Virus record (IMG/VR): IMGVR_UViG_3300028844_002929
Span: 1-61,223 of that record
DNA length: 61,223 nt
Direction: 5' to 3' (one strand)
Origin: a virus
Lineage: Duplodnaviria > Caudoviricetes
In this document: in pieces, positions 55,179-61,223 of the stretch
How the letters are laid out: each line of letters opens with the position of its first letter
How positions within the stretch are numbered: the stretch's first letter is position 1
Made by a program: the position numbers and the translations under genes
The notes under the pieces: model-generated
Databases searched by the model: none
Seen by the model: only the letters and a program-made list of their open reading frames with translations
Told to the model about the DNA's origin: nothing

Positions 55179-55429
55179 ACATCCACAACACCAAGGGAGG
55201 CCGCGCGACTACACACGCGTGGTCTTCCCCCTTCATGTCCAAGGCGGCACGAGTACAAGTCGTCGGTAAGATTTCACTTGCCGAGGCCCAAGACAAGACG
55301 CCACGATACAAGCGCAGGAAGAAGTGCGCACCACAACACGTCCTACCCAACGAAGTCAAACGATGGGCGAAGCACAAAGGTGTAGCGACCAGGACTAACG
55401 GACGCGGCGAACTCATCATCAAGCTGTAA
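55175..55429 (+). CDS. Basic hypothetical protein
   Basis: ATGA-coupled ORF. Confidence 0.7.
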   Translation: MNIHNTKGGRATTHAWSSPFMSKAARVQVVGKISLAEAQDKTPRYKRRKKCAPQHVLPNEVKRWAKHKGVATRTNGRGELIIKL

Positions 55430-55432
55430 CAC

Positions 55433-55585
55433 ATGACAATGGAGCACGAATGTAGAAAGTGTGGCGGCGAGGGGTTCGTTTACTCGACCCACTACGCCGA
55501 CCCCTATGCTACCACTCGGCGTTGCGAATGCCAAGGCGAACCAGACCCTGACGACAAACACGACAGAGAAAGAGTAGAACGATGA
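55433..55585 (+). CDS. 50-aa zinc-finger-like protein (not in ORF track)
   Basis: CRKCGGEG...CEC; ATGA-coupled to RadC gene. Confidence 0.65.
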   Translation: MTMEHECRKCGGEGFVYSTHYADPYATTRRCECQGEPDPDDKHDRERVER

Positions 55586-56013
55586 CAGATTGGAAAGCAG
55601 GTGAGTTGGCTCTCACCTACAAACGAACAAAGCCAGACGGCAAGAAGGTAACCACCCCCGACCATGTAGTTGACTTGATACGCCAAGCAATCGGCGACGA
55701 GATAGAAGTGCGGGAGGTTGGCGTCATTATCGGTGTCAGTCGCGGCAACAGGGTACGCTCTGTATTCCGATGCGGCGAAGGCGGTGCAAGTGGATGCATC
55801 ATGGATCCGAAGATTGTATTCAGTAGGCTACTACTTGAGAACTGCTCGGCATTTGTGATGGCACACAACCATCCCAGTGGGAATTCATCGCCGTCTATGT
55901 CAGACAAGATGCTGACGCGCAGTTTCAAAAGCGCAGGGGAACTCCTAGACATCAGATTTCTTGACCACATCGTAGTGACAGTAGACAACCACAAATCAGT
56001 CATTGAATCATGA
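55582..56013 (+). CDS. radC: RadC-like JAB-domain protein
   Basis: E...AHNHPSGNSSPS.SD...LDHIVV. Confidence 0.9.
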   Translation: MTDWKAGELALTYKRTKPDGKKVTTPDHVVDLIRQAIGDEIEVREVGVIIGVSRGNRVRSVFRCGEGGASGCIMDPKIVFSRLLLENCSAFVMAHNHPSGNSSPSMSDKMLTRSFKSAGELLDIRFLDHIVVTVDNHKSVIES

Positions 56014-56252
56014 AGACATCACGACCACCATGGCATAGGAAAAATAGCAAGGGCCGCACGAATTGGCGTGGCGGCATGTCAAAAGCAAGGGTGCAGGCCA
56101 TGAAGGACATCACCCAACACCTATGGGAGACCTCGCCATCGTTGCCATATCTCGGCCCCCGTTCCTGTGAGGTAGGGTACTACTGCATCACGCCAAGTCA
56201 GTTACTCAGTGACCCGACAATCACCCCACTTAACAGACAGCTTGGACTATGA
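56010..56252 (+). CDS. Hypothetical protein
   Basis: ATGA-coupled ORF. Confidence 0.6.
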   Translation: MKTSRPPWHRKNSKGRTNWRGGMSKARVQAMKDITQHLWETSPSLPYLGPRSCEVGYYCITPSQLLSDPTITPLNRQLGL

Positions 56253-56563
56253 ATAATGCAGCGATGATAAAGGCTGAGAGCCTCGCACTTATTGAAGAGT
56301 GCAAGAAAGACTTCGAGCCTGTCGCAAGACTCATTAGCAGTAACGCGATGCTTGCATCATGTTTAGCAGGTATGGTAGACCGACCTGACTTACACGTTGA
56401 CGCCATCAAGAGTTGGAGTCTCCAGTGTAAAAACCGAAAGACGTATGAGCACATAGAAGCAGCAGGCATCAAAGTCCTGACCACTATGTACAACCAAGCT
56501 GTAGACGCAAGAAACAAAAGAAACAAAAGCCATGCCCAAAAGAATCAAGACCCGCCTACCTAA
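56249..56563 (+). CDS. Hypothetical protein
   Basis: ATGA-coupled ORF. Confidence 0.65.
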   Translation: MNNAAMIKAESLALIEECKKDFEPVARLISSNAMLASCLAGMVDRPDLHVDAIKSWSLQCKNRKTYEHIEAAGIKVLTTMYNQAVDARNKRNKSHAQKNQDPPT

Positions 56564-57287
56564 ACGTGTCGCGTGGTACGAAGGCGAAGTTCTGCACGTC
56601 ATCCGCCTCGGCAAGACCACCAACGACAAGATTGCCGAGTCATGGATGCAAGTGTTGCAAACGTATCACTTCGACCTACGTCAGTTGTCGCTTGTGCGGT
56701 CACACCTCGACGGCAAGCGCAAGCACACCATGAAGCAGTTCTTCGATCTCGATGGCGCCAACTGCCTCGACTGCCCGCTGTCCAACAACTCTGGCAACGG
56801 CAAGTGCTACACCCACAAGCTACGGCAGTACACGGGTATGCTATCCATGCTCAAGTCCCTGTGCAACGAGGACATCTACGAAGGTGTCAATGCAATGCAA
56901 CGTGCGGCCATCATGAAGATGGCAGAGCGTGCGGACTTCATACGCTTCGGCACTTACGGTGAGCCATCCCTGCTCGACATCGGACTTGTCGGTGACATCG
57001 TGCTGTCCAAGCGCGATAAGGTGCAGTGGACGGGGTACACCCACCAAGCTCGCAAGCCCTGGGCGCAACAGTACAAAGCCTACTTCATGGCCTCGGCTCA
57101 CTCTGACAAGGACGCCGCATCCATCACGGGGTGGCGCTCCTTCGTATGCGTGGAACCCAAGGACACGTCCACCGCAGTGCAATGCCCTGCATCCAAGGAA
57201 CTCAGCTTATCCAACTGCGCTTCCTGTGGGCTATGCTCAGGTGTAGTCGGCAAGGGTGACAAAAACGTCAAGACACTAATCCACTGA
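56532..57287 (+). CDS. Cys-rich conserved phage protein (gp88-like, possible metalloenzyme)
   Basis: C.DCP...CY, IRFGTYGEP, WTGYTH, CPA....C.SCGLC. Confidence 0.65.
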   Translation: MPKRIKTRLPKRVAWYEGEVLHVIRLGKTTNDKIAESWMQVLQTYHFDLRQLSLVRSHLDGKRKHTMKQFFDLDGANCLDCPLSNNSGNGKCYTHKLRQYTGMLSMLKSLCNEDIYEGVNAMQRAAIMKMAERADFIRFGTYGEPSLLDIGLVGDIVLSKRDKVQWTGYTHQARKPWAQQYKAYFMASAHSDKDAASITGWRSFVCVEPKDTSTAVQCPASKELSLSNCASCGLCSGVVGKGDKNVKTLIH

Positions 57288-57288
57288 T

Positions 57289-57444
57289 ATGGACAAATAC
57301 ATACTCATGGGCCTCGACCGAGCAGGAAACTGGAAGATCCTCGCCAAGTGCGACTCTCTGGCCAAAGCAATCAGGCTTAAGAACGATTACCGCAACACTC
57401 GCGGTGTCAGACGCTACAAAGACTATGGAATTAAATACCCCTGA
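57289..57444 (+). CDS. 51-aa hypothetical protein (not in ORF track)
   Basis: MDKYILMGLDRAGNWKIL...; fills the gap. Confidence 0.6.
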   Translation: MDKYILMGLDRAGNWKILAKCDSLAKAIRLKNDYRNTRGVRRYKDYGIKYP

Positions 57445-57445
57445 C

Positions 57446-57673
57446 ATGAACGACACATACAAGATACCTGAGACGATTAAGAGCAAGGATTTTGGTGACA
57501 TCAGGGTCAGCCAAAACGCGGAGTGGGGTAGGCTGTCCCCGCATGAAGATGTAGGCTTCCCTGTAGGTGAGCACCTGTACTGCTTCGTGTACATGAGGAA
57601 TGACTCATCCCTTGGCTACTACTTGACAACTGCGTATGGTTCACAACGACAACTCGAAGACGGACAGATATGA
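57446..57673 (+). CDS. Hypothetical protein
   Basis: ATG 57446 preferred. Confidence 0.6.
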   Translation: MNDTYKIPETIKSKDFGDIRVSQNAEWGRLSPHEDVGFPVGEHLYCFVYMRNDSSLGYYLTTAYGSQRQLEDGQI

Positions 57674-57704
57674 AACTTCATCCCAATAGAATACACCAAG
57701 AGTT

Positions 57705-58046
57705 ATGAGAGACCACATGATCTGCATCCTTCGCGATGCCCGCAAAGTAATAACTGAAGCCGCGTCCGTAGACGTTCAACAACTCGCCGAGTCTATTGAG
57801 ACCGAGGCCATGGCCGCCCTGCATGGCGGGGTAACCATCATCCCAAGCGAGCTGTTCGGAGACATCGACATCCTTCAGAATGTCATCATCGATATGAGCA
57901 ATGGCGCGGACGACCTGTGGTTCAGCGTTGGCAAGTACATCAAAGTCAACATCTTCTACACCTCCCTTGGCTGGCAGTTCGTCATCTACCCCGTCAAGAA
58001 CGGAACCATCGAAGAGCACAACCTCATTGAAAAAGGCAAGCTATGA
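57705..58046 (+). CDS. Hypothetical protein
   Basis: 113-aa ORF in early operon. Confidence 0.65.
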   Translation: MRDHMICILRDARKVITEAASVDVQQLAESIETEAMAALHGGVTIIPSELFGDIDILQNVIIDMSNGADDLWFSVGKYIKVNIFYTSLGWQFVIYPVKNGTIEEHNLIEKGKL

Positions 58047-58231
58047 AGACATACATCGTCATCGAGTGGTCCTGCCCGTGGGATTCAATCCTATTCGCCA
58101 TCACCGACCTGTCCCTGTACTTCAGGGAATTCAATAAAGACTTCGGCACGGACTACTCCACGATGGAGGAGTTCAACGAAGACCAAATCGACCGCACCAT
58201 GTACGAAATAAAAATGCCCAAATCATTATGA
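58043..58231 (+). CDS. Hypothetical protein
   Basis: ATGA-coupled ORF. Confidence 0.65.
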   Translation: MKTYIVIEWSCPWDSILFAITDLSLYFREFNKDFGTDYSTMEEFNEDQIDRTMYEIKMPKSL

Positions 58232-58350
58232 ACAACCCCAAGCCACGAATGGTGGAGGTCCACGAAGAGACCTGCCCCGACTGCGACATGGAAGTGGAGT
58301 TCACAGAAATCTATGAGTTCTGCCCTAACTGCTTATACGCTCTAACCTAA
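58228..58350 (+). CDS. 40-aa zinc-ribbon protein (not in ORF track)
   Basis: CPDC...CPNC; ATGA-coupled. Confidence 0.65.
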   Translation: MNNPKPRMVEVHEETCPDCDMEVEFTEIYEFCPNCLYALT

Positions 58351-58359
58351 ACCGATCCC

Positions 58360-58617
58360 ATGACACAACAAGATAAGAGAGCCTCCGATATTCGGCTAGT
58401 CATAGCCTACACCTGGAGCAACCTTGGCAAAGTCTTAGACTTCAACTTCGCCCTCCACTACACAGTAGAGATGTTGGCCACAAACTTCGTGACTAATCAT
58501 CAACTGCCCGATGAAGAGTATGGCATTGGTGAAGGACGTAAGATGGATTGGGATGAACACGTAGAGACATTCATGCTGCGAGAACTACATGAGAAAGGAC
58601 TACCAGTAAACAAATAA
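58360..58617 (+). CDS. Hypothetical protein
   Basis: 85-aa ORF in operon. Confidence 0.65.
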   Translation: MTQQDKRASDIRLVIAYTWSNLGKVLDFNFALHYTVEMLATNFVTNHQLPDEEYGIGEGRKMDWDEHVETFMLRELHEKGLPVNK

Positions 58618-58620
58618 ATC

Positions 58621-58932
58621 ATGAGTAAAGAAACCCCCCGACTCCCTAAGCTGGAGTATTTCAAGCTACGCCTAGCTCAAGCAGAAGCTGGAGGAGATAA
58701 GCGTAAGGCAAAGTATTATGAAGGGCGCATCAGTGAGATGACGGAACAAAAGTCACGATCGCTTACTAAGAAAGAAGCGGAAGACTTGTTCCTGCGAGCC
58801 GTCTCAGCAATGAACCAACACCTGAACCTACAGAAGGTGCTGATGGTGCCGCTGTCAGACGACTTGAAGCAGTGCGCTTCTGCCTTGCACGAACTCAAAG
58901 ACTATTTCACCCCCCGAACAGATAAATTATGA
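58621..58932 (+). CDS. Hypothetical protein
   Basis: 103-aa ORF in operon. Confidence 0.7.
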   Translation: MSKETPRLPKLEYFKLRLAQAEAGGDKRKAKYYEGRISEMTEQKSRSLTKKEAEDLFLRAVSAMNQHLNLQKVLMVPLSDDLKQCASALHELKDYFTPRTDKL

Positions 58933-59396
58933 AGAGAGGATTCAAAACAGACCGCGTGGCCCAGGCCATCGGAGAAGCAATGACGTATGGTAGTTGCCTA
59001 ATGACCTTCGATGCGCTACTCAACTTAGCATCGACAGGATATTACTACATACCCTATGACCGAGAGGCCGAACCGCTAGGCTTGCCGCCACGGACGTCCG
59101 TCTTTGAGGAAGTGGCAAGACATCAGTCACAGATCTTGCTGAATGGTGACCTTGAAAGTGAGTACGCCATCTTGTTTACAAGCCGCCTTGGTACCAGGCC
59201 CAACGCACTCATCAAAGACAAGGATGTACTGAGTATCCGCGTGCAGCTTGTACGATACTGCTCGAAGTTTCCATGGTCACTTGACGAACTCAAGAAAGAC
59301 TACTTGAATAGTGGAGATGGGCAGGGCAACATCTATGAATACAACAATGGAGAAATCACCACCATTGATTGGGACTACGGACAGGATTATGTGTGA
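58929..59396 (+). CDS. Hypothetical protein
   Basis: ATGA-coupled 155-aa ORF. Confidence 0.7.
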   Translation: MKRGFKTDRVAQAIGEAMTYGSCLMTFDALLNLASTGYYYIPYDREAEPLGLPPRTSVFEEVARHQSQILLNGDLESEYAILFTSRLGTRPNALIKDKDVLSIRVQLVRYCSKFPWSLDELKKDYLNSGDGQGNIYEYNNGEITTIDWDYGQDYV

Positions 59397-59587
59397 TGCA
59401 TTACTACATCTACAACTTCGAAGAGGGCGGTTGGAACTTCAGCCAAGCAGCAAACATGAGGTCTGCTCGTAAGAAAGAGCGGGAACGCTGGAAGGACTGC
59501 CCCAACCTCACCATCAAGAAGGATTCCTTTAGGAGGGTGACCTCAAAAGAGCTCTCAGAAATTTACGCAAAAACTTCACAGCTATGA
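59396..59587 (+). CDS. Hypothetical protein
   Basis: TGATG-coupled start (MHYYIYNFEEGGWN). Confidence 0.65.
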   Translation: MHYYIYNFEEGGWNFSQAANMRSARKKERERWKDCPNLTIKKDSFRRVTSKELSEIYAKTSQL

Positions 59588-59850
59588 GTTACTACGTAAC
59601 GACCAAGAAAGACGTGCTCACGACAAAGGAACGGATGCAATTCAACCGCATTAAGAGAATAGTCGATGAGCATGATGGGCTTATCTCAGACATCTGGAGT
59701 AACCTAGGTCACGGGGTCACCGACACCCTTGAATGCGGGATAGAGATGAGCAACTTCGAAGACGACCTGGTGAACTTCATCTTCAGGTGGGTCATGGGTG
59801 AAAAGATGAATGACATCGAGGCCAGGATAAAAGACATGCAAGAATCATAA
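59584..59850 (+). CDS. Hypothetical protein
   Basis: ATGA-coupled ORF. Confidence 0.65.
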   Translation: MSYYVTTKKDVLTTKERMQFNRIKRIVDEHDGLISDIWSNLGHGVTDTLECGIEMSNFEDDLVNFIFRWVMGEKMNDIEARIKDMQES

Positions 59851-59855
59851 AACAA

Positions 59856-60554
59856 ATGAGACTACCTAATTTACAAACGACAGCTCACTACTTCGTCATC
59901 GACTCCATCGGTGGCATGAACGAAGGCTACTCAGAAACCATCTGCCGCCGCATCACGGACGCGTTGTCTCCTGAGTATGGCAAAGCTATGGTCGAGGAGT
60001 ACATCGACCAGTGGATTCACGATCGGTTGGAATACTATGTGTCCGCCATCGCCCAAACGGGAGCTACGTTCGAGGATCCTGTCAAGTACAACCTTGAGGA
60101 GCATTCACGAGGTGAGTGGGTCAAACTCACCCCTGAGTTCGACAAGAACCTTGACCCTAATCTTCTCGACGAGTTGGGCTACCACACGCTCTGTATCCAT
60201 GCTAATAGATGGATGACGCTCAAAACAGTCTTGGTGTACGACCAAATCAACGACAAGGTATTAGATTACTACGGGAGCAGGTCAACCGCTATCCGCATCG
60301 CTGAGGAGGTCATCTCCGTCGAGGTGGAGGGCATCAAGACCAAGGTGCACACCGATAGAGAACGTGGGTACAAGTTATTCGGCTTCACCAGCCTCCTCCA
60401 CGCTTACGACTCACTCGCTGACGTAGTGCGTTGCCTTGAGCACCCCCAAAAACCACAGTCATGTATGATTGACATCGACGACCGCTGTCTACACTTCTTC
60501 CCCGTGCAGGCTATCCAGAAGATGACCTACGACGATGATAACAGGATCTCATGA
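59856..60554 (+). CDS. Hypothetical protein
   Basis: 232-aa ORF, A-rich leader. Confidence 0.7.
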   Translation: MRLPNLQTTAHYFVIDSIGGMNEGYSETICRRITDALSPEYGKAMVEEYIDQWIHDRLEYYVSAIAQTGATFEDPVKYNLEEHSRGEWVKLTPEFDKNLDPNLLDELGYHTLCIHANRWMTLKTVLVYDQINDKVLDYYGSRSTAIRIAEEVISVEVEGIKTKVHTDRERGYKLFGFTSLLHAYDSLADVVRCLEHPQKPQSCMIDIDDRCLHFFPVQAIQKMTYDDDNRIS

Positions 60555-60569
60555 AGACAATACCTACAA

Positions 60570-60752
60570 ATGAAATACTGTATTCCCAAGCCGTATAGAC
60601 TTCTCTACACCAATCATTTTGGAATTAAGGGGGTAGTATCATACGCTAATAGCAAAGCGCAATTAGTCAGCATGCTTGCGGTCATCTACGCTAGAAAAAA
60701 ATTAAACATCGATGACCTTAAACTGCAAGAAATTGAAGAAAGGAATGAGTAA
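60570..60752 (+). CDS. Hypothetical protein
   Basis: 60-aa ORF filling the gap. Confidence 0.55.
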   Translation: MKYCIPKPYRLLYTNHFGIKGVVSYANSKAQLVSMLAVIYARKKLNIDDLKLQEIEERNE

Positions 60753-61077
60753 GATAAAACATAGTGTAGGTTGTGGTCAGTGTGGCCATCCCACAGGCCC
60801 AGCAGGATGCACTGGTGCTTGCTTCAACACCAACCTTCCAGTCACCCCAATCCGTCCTGATGAACTAACAATTGGTGATGTCAGAGAAGAAGAAAAACTC
60901 CTGACCGAAGTGTCCAAGTCACAACTTGATGATCTGTGGACTCAGGTAGAGTACATGACCGAACAACTGAAAGACGACCCCGACAACCAAGGCTTGGCTA
61001 AGTTGCTGAGCAATACAGTTGCCGAGTATAACGCAAAACTAAAGCAGTATGACAGCCAAAGTAGACCCTGGACTTAA
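60745..61077 (+). CDS. Hypothetical protein with N-terminal Cys cluster
   Basis: CGQCGH....C.G.C then helical hairpin; ATG 60745 preferred. Confidence 0.6.
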   Translation: MSKIKHSVGCGQCGHPTGPAGCTGACFNTNLPVTPIRPDELTIGDVREEEKLLTEVSKSQLDDLWTQVEYMTEQLKDDPDNQGLAKLLSNTVAEYNAKLKQYDSQSRPWT

Positions 61078-61223
61078 TCAAGTAGACAAGACCGCACCCT
61101 TCTGGGTTGCGCTTGAAGATGAAAACGCGCCAACAATTATTGTAGATGGAGTGAAGATGAAGCACGCTGTGTGGAATCTACTGATCCACCTCAGAGACAT
61201 GAGGATGTACTGTGGGCCCATCA
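61049..61223 (+). CDS. 5' part of the junction-spanning 101-aa protein
   Basis: Continues in frame to 275. Confidence 0.75.
   Translation, partial: MTAKVDPGLNQVDKTAPFWVALEDENAPTIIVDGVKMKHAVWNLLIHLRDMRMYCGPI
61080..61223 (+). repeat. Terminal direct repeat copy 2
   Basis: Identical to 1-144. Confidence 0.97.

Larger units (their letters stand above)
1..61223. mobile_element. Complete tailed bacteriophage genome (podovirus-like, probable Bacteroidota host)
   Basis: TerL, portal, capsid, tail and ejection module plus replication genes; terminal overlap; two-arm gene layout; TAnnTTTG promoters. Confidence 0.95.

Overview
The window is a complete, circularly assembled tailed-phage genome: bases 1-144 repeat exactly at 61080-61223, giving a unit length of 61,079 bp, and one ORF reads through the junction. 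The host is most likely a Bacteroidota (Flavobacteriia-type) bacterium, judging by many TAnnTTTG promoters, A-rich leaders without Shine-Dalgarno motifs, and a VirE-N/BT4734-type primase-helicase. There are two arms. The + arm (about 54.1 kb through the junction to 7.3 kb) carries small early genes, a RadC/JAB protein, a DnaA-C-domain protein, Sak3-like annealase, RecE-like exonuclease, SSB, primase-helicase and endonucleases; no DNA polymerase, RNA polymerase or integrase was recognised. The - arm (53.3 to 7.5 kb) carries a podovirus-like virion module: putative internal cargo proteins, DUF5675 lysin, GroES-like protein, TerL, portal, collagen fibre, scaffold, major capsid, ring and muzzle proteins, ejection proteins and holin. 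Best leads: (i) a ~630-nt highly structured non-coding stretch at the start of the early arm, with 8 ACACG copies and a 55-nt tRNA-like 3' domain; (ii) unrelated late proteins bookended by shared basic and aromatic-x-x-Gly-Gly tags, with a duplication scar suggesting cassette exchange; (iii) a 44-aa peptide resembling a ribonucleotide-reductase C-terminal CxxC tail; (iv) an A10 slippery site in the largest ejection gene; (v) repeated promoter+4 nt+ATG (leaderless) starts. All calls come from reading motifs by eye; no searches or folding programs were run.
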